A stretch of 64,000 nt of DNA from an uncultured Acidobacteriota bacterium (GCA_963843575.1 CAWJKZ010000013.1:608001-672000); one strand, 5' to 3'; shown: positions 20,986 through 33,125, numbered from the stretch's first letter. A program made the numbers and translations. The notes: generated by a model not told the origin, from the letters alone.

Positions 20986-23775
20986 TCAGGGTCGGGCCGG
21001 GACGGCCTTTCCGAGATAGATGCCGTTGAACAGGAACTTGAAGCTCCCGTGTGGCTGGGCGCGGAAGGCGATCTCGGGTCCGAACAGAAACACCTTCCCC
21101 TTGCCGATGCCGGCCTCGACCACGGCCACCCCCTGGTCCAGGTAGCCTTGGCCCCACGCCCAGCCGCTGCGCAGCGGCTGGGGCGTGTCGAACCAGGCGA
21201 CCGGTATCGTGCCGGCCATCGCCGCGGCCGGGCGGAGCCGAAACACCGGGCTGTTGTCGAAAAACAGGTCGACGTGTTCGGCGAGCCCGTAGGCCAGGGG
21301 GTTTAGCGTGTCGACCCGCGTCCGCAGCAACGAACCGGGCACGTAGAATTTTTCACGGGTCAGCGGCCGCTCCGCGCCGCCGGCCAGCCTCTCGGTCAAC
21401 GCGTTTGACAGGGGCAGACCCGCCGCATAGGCAAACGCCGTCGAGGACCCGATGGCCAGGAGCGTCCCTCCCTCCTCGACGAACTTCTTCAACTCCGGGA
21501 CGGTTGCGGCCAGCGTCACGCTTCCGAGACGGTCCTGGTACTCGGCAGGCACCTGTGCCCGATCCGGCTGGTCGGACGGCCGGGTGGCGTAATCCTCGCC
21601 GGTGCGGGCCGGGGGTATGGCCCCGGTGGGGAAGATAAGGACGTCGAACCGCGACGCGAGGCTCCCGCGGTCGAGTTGCTGGGGGTAGACCACTTCGAAG
21701 GGGAACTCGAACTGCTCCAGCAGCCAGCGGAGCCAGCCCGAGGGCATCGAGCCGCCGTAGCGGTCCCACAGACCGATGCGCACCGGGCGGAGTTTCAGCG
21801 CGTCGCCGGCGGGCGTGGCAGCCACCGCCTCGAAATGCAGCGACAGTTCCCCGGCCAGCACTCGGACGCGCGCGGCGGTCGTGGCCTTCTCCGGGATGAA
21901 CATGGTCCCGGGGGGCTGCGGCTTGCCGTCGAGCGAAACCGGGGTCTTCAGCCAGTAGGCTTCCTCCCCGGCGGCGAGAAGGCGGTTGAGGGCGACGAAG
22001 GCGTCGTTGACCCTGTGGCTCAGGAGGTACCCCGCGCCGCCGGGCGACCCCGTCACCCGCCCCGGCGGGGCCTGCGCGAAGCCGCGGATCTTCTCGAAGG
22101 GGCCGTCAAAACCCTCGAGCACCCGGTCGAATTCCACCCCCATCTGCAGCGCCAGCGTCCAGCCGGCGCTATCGTAAGGCGGTTTGGGCGGCCCGCCGGG
22201 GTAGGGGATGTCATCGGGGTGGTCCTGCGGTTCGAACATGTCCAGCACGTGCGGCCGGAAGGCTTGCGCCGACTTGACCACGAACGACCGGGCCGGATAG
22301 ATTTTGCCGGCGGTCTGGAAGGGCCGCGACGCCTGGTGCACGGTGATGCCTGTCTTGATCAGCGCGTTCACGAACTTCGTCGCGGTCAGGAAATCCGGTT
22401 GGTCGGAGGGGATGATGAAGCCTCGCGGGTCGCGGCGGGCCGGCTCCTTCAGGGCGTCGTAGTACTTCAGCGGTGCCTGGCTCGAGGCGCGCTCCGGCCC
22501 GGCCGGGCGGCCGCCGTCCTCCCGTTCCCGGGCAAACGCTTCCTGGGCGGCCGCGATCATGCGCGGCCGGAAAGTCCACGTGTCGCGGCTTCCCCGTTCG
22601 ATGGAGTTGCGTCCCATCCGGAAGATGTTGAACAGAAACTCCTCGCGGTATCTCGAGGCGACGTCGAGAACGGCGCGGTCCGCCGTCACCGAGTAGTCGA
22701 TCGACTGGCGGAAGTGCCACGCCTGGGGCGCGATCGGGGCAGGCAGATCGCCGCGGGCGAGCTGGTTCTGGAGGACGAGCGGGATGGTGACGGGGGTGGG
22801 GCTGCCGATGGCCTCCGTCAGCAGGCCGATCATGTTGTGGAAATAGACCGTGGTGCGCAGCCCGCCGTTCCACCAGGTGGAGTAGTTGGAGCCGGAGCGC
22901 ATCGTGGCCCCGGGTTTCCCCTCCGCGACGAACCGGTTGTGCATGGCGGCCGCAACCAGGTCGATCCCCAGAGGCACCAGCGGGTCGAAGTAATAGTTGA
23001 AGGGGTCGCGAAACGGCGGGGCGAACAGGACCGTGCCGGCCGGGCCGCTCTGGTGGTGGTTGTAGACGATCTGCGGGAACCATTCCATGTAAAAGACCCG
23101 GTTGATCGCCTCCGTCTCGGGCTGGCTCGAGAGGTAGAAGTCGCGGTTGTTGTCGTGTCCGATGTACTTGTGGTAGAGACGGGGAAGCCCGGCCAGAGTG
23201 CGTTTCAGGGGATCCTGCTCCCGCATGTACCAGTCGGCGACCAGCTCCAGCCCGTCCGGGTTGACGCAAGCCGCAAGCAGGATGTCGTCGCTGAGCAGGC
23301 GCAGTGTCTCGGGGTCGTTCATGCTGACCATCTGGTAGACGATCTCCATCAGGTGCTGCGATCCGAGCACCTCGGTCGCGTGCAGCCCGCCGTCGACCCA
23401 GACCACGGCCTTCCCCTCGCGGGCCAGCGCGCGGGCGTCGGGCTCGGCGAGGTCTTCGGCCAAGGCCAGCCGCTTTGCGATCTCGCGATAGCGGGCCAGC
23501 TTCTTCTGGTTCTCGGGGGAGGTGACGATCGCCAGCGCGATGGGGCGCCCCTCGGCGGTCTTGCCGATGTCCACCACGGTCAGGCGGTCGGATTCCCGGT
23601 CGAGCTTCCTCCAGTACTCGAGCAACCGCGTGTAGTTGATCAACTGGTAGTCGTCCCCCACGTTGAAGCCGAACTGCTCCCGGGGGCTGGTCGGCTTCGG
23701 CTGTGCGGGCGCTGCGTTTGCGAGCAGCGCGCTCAAGACTGGGACGATGAGGCAGCGTTGCGGCCAGGTGCTCAC
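20986..23775 (-). CDS. Secreted M14 zinc carboxypeptidase-family protein with C-terminal GATase-like domain
   Basis: Signal peptide; IGKTAEGR, GGLHATE, NPDG, DNNRD, NHHQ; C-terminal SGWLRWLLEQF...FVEEGGTL. GTG at 23775 after GAGGAG. Confidence 0.85.
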   Translation of the reverse strand: MSTWPQRCLIVPVLSALLANAAPAQPKPTSPREQFGFNVGDDYQLINYTRLLEYWRKLDRESDRLTVVDIGKTAEGRPIALAIVTSPENQKKLARYREIAKRLALAEDLAEPDARALAREGKAVVWVDGGLHATEVLGSQHLMEIVYQMVSMNDPETLRLLSDDILLAACVNPDGLELVADWYMREQDPLKRTLAGLPRLYHKYIGHDNNRDFYLSSQPETEAINRVFYMEWFPQIVYNHHQSGPAGTVLFAPPFRDPFNYYFDPLVPLGIDLVAAAMHNRFVAEGKPGATMRSGSNYSTWWNGGLRTTVYFHNMIGLLTEAIGSPTPVTIPLVLQNQLARGDLPAPIAPQAWHFRQSIDYSVTADRAVLDVASRYREEFLFNIFRMGRNSIERGSRDTWTFRPRMIAAAQEAFAREREDGGRPAGPERASSQAPLKYYDALKEPARRDPRGFIIPSDQPDFLTATKFVNALIKTGITVHQASRPFQTAGKIYPARSFVVKSAQAFRPHVLDMFEPQDHPDDIPYPGGPPKPPYDSAGWTLALQMGVEFDRVLEGFDGPFEKIRGFAQAPPGRVTGSPGGAGYLLSHRVNDAFVALNRLLAAGEEAYWLKTPVSLDGKPQPPGTMFIPEKATTAARVRVLAGELSLHFEAVAATPAGDALKLRPVRIGLWDRYGGSMPSGWLRWLLEQFEFPFEVVYPQQLDRGSLASRFDVLIFPTGAIPPARTGEDYATRPSDQPDRAQVPAEYQDRLGSVTLAATVPELKKFVEEGGTLLAIGSSTAFAYAAGLPLSNALTERLAGGAERPLTREKFYVPGSLLRTRVDTLNPLAYGLAEHVDLFFDNSPVFRLRPAAAMAGTIPVAWFDTPQPLRSGWAWGQGYLDQGVAVVEAGIGKGKVFLFGPEIAFRAQPHGSFKFLFNGIYLGKAVPARP

Positions 23776-23875
23776 GGGGGTCTCCTCGCGTCGGCTGGTG
23801 CGGGGCGTGCGGGACCGCCGGGGCAGGCGTTCCCGACGGGCCTCGTCAGCGCCCGACGCACCACACCAGGGTTTT

Positions 23876-25063
23876 TTACGGAACGGGGCAGCGTAGCCTA
23901 CCGGGGATGCGAAACGCAAGGACGCTCACCAGCGCGACCAGAACGGCGGCGGCATAAAAGGGCATGGCCCGTCCGAGGTGCTGGTAGGCTAAGGTGGCCA
24001 TGACCGGGGCAGCCATCCTGGCCACCCCGCCGTAGGTCTGCGCGATCCCCATCGTCTCTCCCAGGCTGGCCTTGTCGGATTCCCGCGACATGAGCGCCGT
24101 CGTGGAGGGGAACAGGAGGGCGGTGCCGACCGACATAAAAGGCATGATCGCCGCCAGGAGCCAGAGGCTGCCCGCAAAAGGATAGGCCGCCAGCCCGGCG
24201 ACGAGCGACAGGGTGCCGAGGCGCATCGCCCACGTTTCCCCGAAGCGATCGACGATGGGGCCGAGGCAGAGCGAGCGCATCACGAGCGAGAGCAGCCCCA
24301 CATAGAGGAAGACGTACCCGATCGTGTTTTCCGTGAAGCCGAACTCGGCCCCGAGATACAGGGAGAGCACCGACGTGAAGCCCGAGAAGGCCAGCATGCC
24401 GACCGCGTAGATCCAGATGAGACGCGGCACCGCGCCCGCCGGGCGCACGAGGATGCCCCAGGCCGCCTTCCACACGGAGCGCGCACCGCGCGCGGGCCCC
24501 CCCACACCGGGCACGGAGACGCGCGACTCCGGGAGCCACCGCCATGCGAAGCCGACGTTGACCAGGCAGAGCGCCGCCGCCACCAAGCCCGGCGCCTGCC
24601 GACCGAGGCTCGCGGCGAAGGATCCGATCACGGGCCCGACCATGATGCCGGCCGACGTGGCGGCGGAAAGCCAGCCGAGCGCACGCGCCCGGTCCCCGGG
24701 GCTCACCGTGTCGGCCACATACGCCTGGGCCACCCCGGTCGTCCCGCCGCCGGCGCCCTGGATGATACGCGAGGCAAACAGCAACCAGACCCTCGTGGCG
24801 AGCCCGAAGACCGTGTACGCCAGCGCCGACGCGCCCAGTCCGATCAGCAGGGCCGGACGCCGGCCGTAACGGTCCGAGACCCGGCCCCAGAGCGGCGCCG
24901 AGACGAGTTGCGCGAGCGAGAACGAGGAGAGGATCAGGCCGATGACGACGGGGGAAGCCTTCAGGTCGAGCGCATAGAACGGCAGCAGCGGCAGGATCAT
25001 GGCAAAGCCGATCATGTCGACGCAGTTCGCCGCCATCAGGATCGACAGCCTGCGGAGTTGCAT
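23876..25063 (-). CDS. MFS transporter (TetA/DHA1-like)
   Basis: DMIGFAMILPLLP, motif A GRVSDRYGRRP, RIIQGAGG, GPVIG; about 12 TMs. Confidence 0.9.
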   Translation of the reverse strand: MQLRRLSILMAANCVDMIGFAMILPLLPFYALDLKASPVVIGLILSSFSLAQLVSAPLWGRVSDRYGRRPALLIGLGASALAYTVFGLATRVWLLFASRIIQGAGGGTTGVAQAYVADTVSPGDRARALGWLSAATSAGIMVGPVIGSFAASLGRQAPGLVAAALCLVNVGFAWRWLPESRVSVPGVGGPARGARSVWKAAWGILVRPAGAVPRLIWIYAVGMLAFSGFTSVLSLYLGAEFGFTENTIGYVFLYVGLLSLVMRSLCLGPIVDRFGETWAMRLGTLSLVAGLAAYPFAGSLWLLAAIMPFMSVGTALLFPSTTALMSRESDKASLGETMGIAQTYGGVARMAAPVMATLAYQHLGRAMPFYAAAVLVALVSVLAFRIPGRLRCPVP

Positions 25064-25104
25064 GCGCGCATCGTCCACCGGTTCGGCTCCAGGTTGGTGC
25101 GGCC

Positions 25105-26022
25105 TCAATCCCGCATCCAGAGGGCGCCCGAGCCGGGCGACGGCCGGACCCCTCGGGAGGCGAGGATCCAGGCAGTCGACAACAGCAGGGCAATGGTGCA
25201 CAGCAGCCCGCCTTCCGGTCCGTACGCTCCCCCGGTGACCCACTCCGGCCCTCCCTGGCCGGACCGCATCACGGGGTGCGAGACGCGCAGACCGCTTACC
25301 GCAAATCCGAAGAGATACGCCATGAAGAAGTTCCAGGACAGGTGCAGCGCCGTCGGCAGCCAGAGCGACCTCGTCTTCAGGTATGCGGCCGCAAGCCACG
25401 CGCCCGCGAGCATGGTGTTGATCATGCTGAAGACGCCGACGTGCGGATTCATGACGTGGCCCAGGCCGAAGAGCACCGAGGTCGCCGCCACGGCCGCGAC
25501 CCGCCCCGCGCCGTCGACAAGCGCCTGAAACACGTACCCGCGCGCCAAGGTCTCTTCCAGCGCCGCGGCGCAGGTGAAGGTGGCCAGATAGAGACCTCCG
25601 TCGCGCAGCAGCGCTCCCCACTCCGCGCCGGCGAACTCTACCGGGGCCCAGCCGGCGGCGGCCTCGACGGCCCAGAGGGGCGCGATCATCACGAACCCGG
25701 CGCCCACCCCCTGCGCGAGCTCGACGAAAACCCTGCCGTGCAAGGCGAACCCCAGTTCGCGGAACGGGCGCCGGTCGACCACTCGGATCACGACGAAGGC
25801 GCTCCCCAGCGCGGCGGCCCAAAGGAGGGCATTGAGCAGGAGCAGGTAGCCCTCCTCGCCCCCGGACACGCTCGAGGCAAAGGCGCTGGCCGCGAGGGCG
25901 TGGTAGACCGCCAACGCGAGCTGGGCGAACAGCGCGGTCACCGCCGCGTAGATGCCGATGCGCCACCCGGCCCGGAGCCGGCCGCTGCTCTGGAGAAACA
26001 GTGGGTGTAAACGGGTCTTCAT
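25105..26022 (-). CDS. CPBP (Abi/CAAX) intramembrane metalloprotease
   Basis: EETLARGY, FGLGH, SLW...LHLSWN, GGAYGPEGG. Confidence 0.9.
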   Translation of the reverse strand: MKTRLHPLFLQSSGRLRAGWRIGIYAAVTALFAQLALAVYHALAASAFASSVSGGEEGYLLLLNALLWAAALGSAFVVIRVVDRRPFRELGFALHGRVFVELAQGVGAGFVMIAPLWAVEAAAGWAPVEFAGAEWGALLRDGGLYLATFTCAAALEETLARGYVFQALVDGAGRVAAVAATSVLFGLGHVMNPHVGVFSMINTMLAGAWLAAAYLKTRSLWLPTALHLSWNFFMAYLFGFAVSGLRVSHPVMRSGQGGPEWVTGGAYGPEGGLLCTIALLLSTAWILASRGVRPSPGSGALWMRD

Positions 26023-26105
26023 GCGCGCGGGATTCGTCTCCGTGCCGGCGGCGGCGGGGGTGTCCCCGGGGCAGTTGCGGAATCGCAGGAAACGGTGAGC
26101 GGTGC

Positions 26106-26134
26106 TTGACTTGTGCCCGCGACTCGCGTATAAA
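26106..26134 (+). promoter_or_regulatory. sigma70-type promoter of the rpsA operon
   Basis: TTGACT-17 bp-TATAAA; about 180-nt leader, then AGGAGG RBS before rpsA. Confidence 0.75.
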
Positions 26135-26318
26135 TAGACGTTTATATCTCTAGTGATCTAAGGAATGTGGACCTTTGGATTCGATCCCAGCCGTTGTTCG
26201 GAATTCCTCGAGTAAGCTTTTACCATCTCACCCGGATCACAACGCCATTATAAGGGTTTTTGAGAAAATCCCGCATGCCGGTTTTACGCGCCGGCTCGGG
26301 TAAAAACAGGAGGATTGA

Positions 26319-28091
<1,773 letters not shown>

Positions 28092-28109
28092 CCGACGCCG
28101 GGCTGGGAC

Positions 28110-29016
28110 ATGCCGAACAAACGTTCGAATTCCCTGCTGTGGATTGTCGTGGGAGGGGGGGCCGCTGCTTCTGGCGGCCCTCTCCCTGATCGCCCTGCTT
28201 GTGTCGCTCGACGGAGGCCGCCGTCCCGGCTTTGCCTTCGGTTCGAACCAGATTGCCGTCCTGAACGTCGAAGGCATCATCCTGGATTCGAAAGATTTCA
28301 CCGACCAGCTCAAGGAATTCGGCTCGCGCCCCGGCGTGAAGGCGGTCGTGCTGCGCCTGAACACGCCCGGGGGGGGCGTGGCCGCCTCGCAGGAGATGTA
28401 CGAGGCCGTGCGCAAGTTCCGCGCCGACACCCGAAAGAAAGTGGTCGTCAGCATGTCGTCGGTCGCCGCCTCGGGCGGCTACTATGTCGCCTGTGCGGCC
28501 GACAAGGTGTTCGCCAACCCCGGCACCATCACCGGAAGCATCGGCGTGATCGCCGAGTGGTTCAACTACGGCGACCTGCTCCGCTGGGCCAAGATGGAGA
28601 GCATCGTCGTCAAGAGCGGCGCCCTGAAGGACGCCGGTTCACCCACGCGCCCCCTGACCGAAGCCGAGAGGGCCTACTTCCAAAGCCTGATCGACAACAT
28701 GTACAATCAGTTCGTGACCGCCGTGGCCTCCGGGCGCAGGATGGACCCGGCGGTGATCCGGCGGCTCGCGGACGGCCGCGTCTACACCGGGCAGGAGGCC
28801 AAGGCCAACGGGCTGGTCGACCAGTTGGGTACGCTGCAGGACGCCGTCGCCGACGCCGCCAAGATGGCCGGGATCAGCGGGGAACCGGATGTGGTGACCC
28901 CGCCGGAGAAGCGATTTTCGGTCCTCGACCTGCTGTTGGGCAACTCGCGCTCGGTCCTGAGCCTGAACCCCGACCGGTCAGAGTCTCACATACGGTTTCA
29001 ATACCTCTGGAGATAG
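28110..29016 (+). CDS. sppA: Signal peptide peptidase SppA, short form (frameshift ~28160)
   Basis: LRLNTPGG, AASGGYY, TGSIGV, KSGALKD, ADGRVYTG, GLVDQLG. The N-terminal TM starts in another frame, across a G-run. Confidence 0.9.
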
Positions 29017-29022
29017 ACGGTA

Positions 29023-29298
29023 ATGACAAAAGCTGAGTTGGTTGAAGAAGTCGCGAACCAATCCGACTTGACCAAGAAGGACGCGGAGGTAATCGTCCAG
29101 ACGGTGCTCGACAGCATCACCGATTCGCTGCAGCGCGGCGAGAAAATCGAGTTGCGCGGTTTCGGCTCTTTCCGGATCCGCAACCGCTCGTCCCGCCAGG
29201 GGCGCAACCCCAAGACCGGGAGCGGCGTCTCGGTGCCCGCCAAGAAAGTGCCCTATTTCAAGCCGGGCAAGGAGATCAAGGATCTGATCAACCTCTGA
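29023..29298 (+). CDS. ihfB: Integration host factor beta / HU family DNA-binding protein
   Basis: MTKAELVEEVA, IELRGFGSF, GRNPKTG, PYFKPGKE; rpsA-sppA-ihfB context. Confidence 0.85.
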   Translation: MTKAELVEEVANQSDLTKKDAEVIVQTVLDSITDSLQRGEKIELRGFGSFRIRNRSSRQGRNPKTGSGVSVPAKKVPYFKPGKEIKDLINL

Positions 29299-29804
29299 TG
29301 GACCACCTCTGGACGCCGTGGCGCTTTAACTACATCAACCAGATCGGCTCCGAGCAGGGGTGTGTCTTCTGCCGCATCCTCTCGGAGCCGCGCGACGATC
29401 AGAACTACGTCCTCGGCCGCCTCCGCCATTGCTTCACCATCCTGAACCTGTTCCCGTACACATCCGGACACATCCTGGTGGTGGCCAACCGCCACATCGC
29501 CCGCCTCGTCGACGCCAACATGGAAGAGCTCGGCGAGATGATCGGCGCGGCCCAGGCGTGCGAAGAGGCCCTGCGCACCGAGTATCAACCCGAAGGCCTC
29601 AACCTCGGGTTCAACGTGGGGCGGGCGGCCGGCGCCGGGGTCGAGCACCACCTGCACATGCACGTACTGCCGCGTTGGACCGGCGATTCGAATTTTGTCT
29701 CCGTCATATCGGAAACGCGCGTCCTGCCTGAGGAACTGCCCCGCACCTACGAGAGGCTCAAGCCCCACTTCGCCGCCCGGTCCCGGGAAGAGAGCCTGTT
29801 TTAG
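29298..29804 (+). CDS. HIT family hydrolase (Ap4A/FHIT-like)
   Basis: LWTPWRFNYI, CVFC, LNLFPYTSGH, AGAGVEHHLHMHVLPRWTGDSNF. Confidence 0.9.
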   Translation: MDHLWTPWRFNYINQIGSEQGCVFCRILSEPRDDQNYVLGRLRHCFTILNLFPYTSGHILVVANRHIARLVDANMEELGEMIGAAQACEEALRTEYQPEGLNLGFNVGRAAGAGVEHHLHMHVLPRWTGDSNFVSVISETRVLPEELPRTYERLKPHFAARSREESLF

Positions 29805-30215
29805 GGAGCCCGGACCGGACCGGGCCGAACACCCCCGGGGCGCAGGCGCGGCCGTCCCGGCCGTGCGCTCGCGCCCTCCGCGGGAGGGCGCCAAAACACA
29901 ATCAAATTTCCTATTTTCTGAGCGCGCCGCACCCCGTTTTCCGGGTCCCCGTGGTGCCCCGCATCCTGCCTGCCTGCGGTGCGTGCAATGGCGTGAAACC
30001 CAGTATTGGCGCTGGTTTCACGCCTCCATCCCCACTCGAACGGGTTTTGTTTTTTTTTATTGCATGTGCGGAACCCGGTATGCTACTTTTCCGCCCGTTG
30101 TTGAGAGCAAATGCTTCGCGCCAGCATCGAGGGTGGCCTAACGAACCCACAGAACGTGAGAACGCGCGGGCAGCAGGAATGAGTTGGCCTGCTGTTCAGG
30201 GTGCTACGTGTCTAT

Positions 30216-30247
30216 TTTTCCACAGCTGTGTATAAACCTGTGGAAAT
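30216..30247. promoter_or_regulatory. Three DnaA boxes upstream of dnaA
   Basis: TTTTCCACA (30216-24), TGTGTATAA (30227-35), TGTGGAAAT (30239-47), compared with consensus TTWTNCACA. Confidence 0.8.
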
Positions 30248-30319
30248 CCGGAGCGCACCGAAGAAGATTAGCCCTCATACATACGGATCAATCATCGGCA
30301 CTGTCGGGCAACTTCCGGT

Positions 30320-31630
30320 ATGAGCGTCTGGGCGCAGGTACTAGCATGTGTTGGGAAGAAGGTCAGCCGGCAGTGCTTTGAGACCTGGTTTCAGCCGCTG
30401 GCGTTCGCCGGTTCCGACGCCAGCTCGCTCCACCTCGTGGCCCCGAACGAAAACTTCAAGAAGTGGTTTCTCGACAACTACGCCGAAACGCTCCGGGCGG
30501 CGGTCCACGAGGTCACGCGGGCGCCGCTTGCCATCCACATCTCGGTGGAGAAGATTCCCCCGGCGGACGCGACGCCAAAGCCCCCGGAAAACCAGGACGG
30601 CAGAGCCCCCGGCCTCAATCCCAAATACACCTTTAACTCGTTCGTGGTCGGCTCCAGCAACCAGTTCGCCCGGGCGGCAGCCCACGCTGTAGCCGAGCAG
30701 CCTTCGAAGGCGTACAACCCGCTGTACATCTATGGCGGCGTCGGCCTCGGGAAGACCCACCTGATGCACGCCGTCGGTCACTTCATCCAGCAGAAGAACC
30801 CCCGGTTGCGCCAGTCCTACATGTCCTCCGAACGGTTCATGAACGAGCTGATCAACTGCATCCGCTACGACCGCACGCTTCAGTTCCGCGAGAAGTACCG
30901 CAACATCGACGTCCTGCTGATTGACGACATCCAGTTCATCGCCGGGAAGGAACGGACCCAGGAAGAGTTCTTCCACACGTTCAACGCGCTCTACGACGCC
31001 CAGAAACAGATCGTCATCACAAGCGACTGCCCTCCGCGGGAAATCCCGACCATCGAGGAACGGCTCCACTCCAGGTTCGAGTGGGGTTTGATCGCCGATA
31101 TCCAGCCGCCGGACCTCGAGACCAAGATCGCGATCCTGCGCAAGAAGGCGGAGAGCGAGATCGGCCCGCTCTCCGACGCCGTATCGATGTTCATCGCCGG
31201 GAGCGTGCGCTCGAACGTCCGCGAACTGGAAGGCGCCCTCGTCCGCCTCGCCGCCCGCGCCTCCCTCGAGGGGATCCACCCCTCGGAGATCGACGTCGAT
31301 TACGCTCAGCTCGTCCTGAAGGACCTGATCGGTGAAGACCGCCGCGCCGTGTCGGTCGACATGGTCATCCGTGCCGTCTCCACCTACTACGGGCTGAGAC
31401 CGGCGCAGCTGAAGGCCAAGAACAATTCGCGCCCCATCGCTCAGCCGCGGCAGGTCGCGATGTACGTCTGCAAGCAGATGACCAAGCTCTCACTGCCGCA
31501 GATCGGCAAGGACTTCGGCGGCAAGCACCACACCACCGTGCTTCACTCCATCCGCAAGATCGATACGCTTCGCAGAAAAGACTCCGAAATCTCGGAAGCC
31601 ATCGCCAAAATCATGCAGTCCTTCCGCTAG
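30320..31630 (+). CDS. dnaA: Chromosomal replication initiator DnaA
   Basis: LNPKYTF, YNPLYIYGGVGLGKTHL, LLIDDIQF, SRFEWGL, NVRELEGAL, RQVAMY, GGKHHTTV. Confidence 0.98.
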   Translation: MSVWAQVLACVGKKVSRQCFETWFQPLAFAGSDASSLHLVAPNENFKKWFLDNYAETLRAAVHEVTRAPLAIHISVEKIPPADATPKPPENQDGRAPGLNPKYTFNSFVVGSSNQFARAAAHAVAEQPSKAYNPLYIYGGVGLGKTHLMHAVGHFIQQKNPRLRQSYMSSERFMNELINCIRYDRTLQFREKYRNIDVLLIDDIQFIAGKERTQEEFFHTFNALYDAQKQIVITSDCPPREIPTIEERLHSRFEWGLIADIQPPDLETKIAILRKKAESEIGPLSDAVSMFIAGSVRSNVRELEGALVRLAARASLEGIHPSEIDVDYAQLVLKDLIGEDRRAVSVDMVIRAVSTYYGLRPAQLKAKNNSRPIAQPRQVAMYVCKQMTKLSLPQIGKDFGGKHHTTVLHSIRKIDTLRRKDSEISEAIAKIMQSFR

Positions 31631-31699
31631 GCGGTCCTGCCGCACGGCGCCCACCCGCGTCCCCTAAATCCTCAGCGGCATCAACAGCCGAAACCACCG

Positions 31700-31930
31700 C
31701 GTTCGATGGCATTCGAGGGTTTTGCACAGGCGGCCCGGCGCGGTGCCGCTGTGAATATCCGCTGCGCCGTTTTTTCCACCGTTTTGCGCCGTACTGCACC
31801 GACACCCGGTTTCTTTTGCACCCGCCAGCCCCCTCACCGCAAGTGCCTTAACGCGCTTTTGCACAAATCCACCGTTCCTACTATTTCTACTGGGATATAC
31901 ATTTGTCTATTTATCCCTATTAAGGAAAAA
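31700..31930. other. Putative oriC: DnaA-box array, DnaA-trio tract and AT-rich DUE
   Basis: TTTTGCACA at 31720 and 31857; TGTGAATAT at 31750; TTTTCCACC/TTTTGCGCC/TACTGCACC at 31772/31782/31792; TTTTGCACC at 31814; CTACTATTTCTACT at 31878-91; AT-rich 31895-31930. Lies between dnaA and dnaN. Confidence 0.85.
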
Positions 31931-31958
31931 GCCCCAGATGCGTCCGGGGAACGATTTT

Positions 31959-31967
31959 GTGTATAAT
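31959..31967 (+). promoter_or_regulatory. Putative -10 element (TATAAT) for dnaN
   Basis: GTGTATAAT about 50 nt upstream of the dnaN ATG; AGGAG RBS at ~32002. Confidence 0.5.
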
Positions 31968-32015
31968 CGCGCCGTTCTCGATTCGGCACCCCACACTTCC
32001 TAGGAGCGCGGACTC

Positions 32016-33125
32016 ATGGAATTCACCGTTAAGAGAAGCGACCTATTCGGCGAGTTGACCCTGGTCCAGGGCGTGATCGAGAAGAAGAGCACCATCCCGA
32101 TCCTCTCCAACATCCTGCTGGAGGCCACGGGCAGCACCCTTGGAATTACCGCGACCGATCTCGACGTGAGCATATGCTGCGGCTGTCCCGCGACCGTCGA
32201 GACCGAGGGGACGACGACCGTTTCCGCGCGGCGCCTGCACGAAATCGTGCGGCTGCTGCCAGAGGATGCCGAAATCCGTTTTTCGCTCATGGAAAACGAG
32301 TGGGTCGGGATCCAATCGGGCAACGCGCAGTACAAGATCGTGGGGCTGCCGAAAGAGAACTTCCCGTCCATACCCGACGCCGTGCAGTCGGGGATTGCCA
32401 TCCCCGGAAGCCTGCTCCGCGCAATGATCCAGCGCACCATGTTCGCCATCACACAGGAGGAATCGCGCTATTCGCTCAACGGCGCGCAGCTGCTGCTCGA
32501 CTCCCAGCAGATCCGGATGGTCGCCACCGACGGTCACCGTCTGGCCCTGGTCTCCAAGCAGGTGGACGTGCCCGGCCTCTCCGCGGAGCTGAAAGTCCTC
32601 ATCCCCCGTAAGACCCTCGTGGAACTCCAGAAACTCCTCGGGGACCAGGACACGATCGTCGAGTTCGGCCGCGACGAGAACCACCTCTTCTTCGGCATCG
32701 GACGGAAGAGGCTCGTGTCACGCATCCTGGCGGGACAGTTCCCCAACTACGAGATGGTCATCCCGCACGACAACGACAAGCATGTCACGGCCTCGACGCG
32801 GCTGCTGGGCGACGGCATCAGGCGGGCCGCCGTCATGTCCGACGAAAAACTCAAGGCCATCCGTGTCTCGCTCTCCCCGGGGACGATCGAGTTGACGGCG
32901 AGCAGCGCCGAAGCCGGTGAAGCCCGCGATGTCGTGCCCGTCCAGTATGAGGGAACCTCGATGGATATCGGTTTCAACCCCAATTACATCCTCGATTTCC
33001 TCGGTGCGTGCGGCACGGAGAACGTAACGCTGTCGGTGAGGGATTCCGAGACGCAGGGGTTACTGGCCCCGGAAGGGCCCGCCGACCTTGACTACCGGTA
33101 CGTCGTCATGCCTATGAAGTTTTAG
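32016..33125 (+). CDS. dnaN: DNA polymerase III beta clamp
   Basis: [44 protein letters not shown]. Confidence 0.97.
   Translation: MEFTVKRSDLFGELTLVQGVIEKKSTIPILSNILLEATGSTLGITATDLDVSICCGCPATVETEGTTTVSARRLHEIVRLLPEDAEIRFSLMENEWVGIQSGNAQYKIVGLPKENFPSIPDAVQSGIAIPGSLLRAMIQRTMFAITQEESRYSLNGAQLLLDSQQIRMVATDGHRLALVSKQVDVPGLSAELKVLIPRKTLVELQKLLGDQDTIVEFGRDENHLFFGIGRKRLVSRILAGQFPNYEMVIPHDNDKHVTASTRLLGDGIRRAAVMSDEKLKAIRVSLSPGTIELTASSAEAGEARDVVPVQYEGTSMDIGFNPNYILDFLGACGTENVTLSVRDSETQGLLAPEGPADLDYRYVVMPMKF

Noticed and set aside
23876-25966. 696-aa ORF joining the CPBP region and the MFS
   Set aside because: The upstream part is an off-frame read of the CPBP gene; the MFS starts at 25063.
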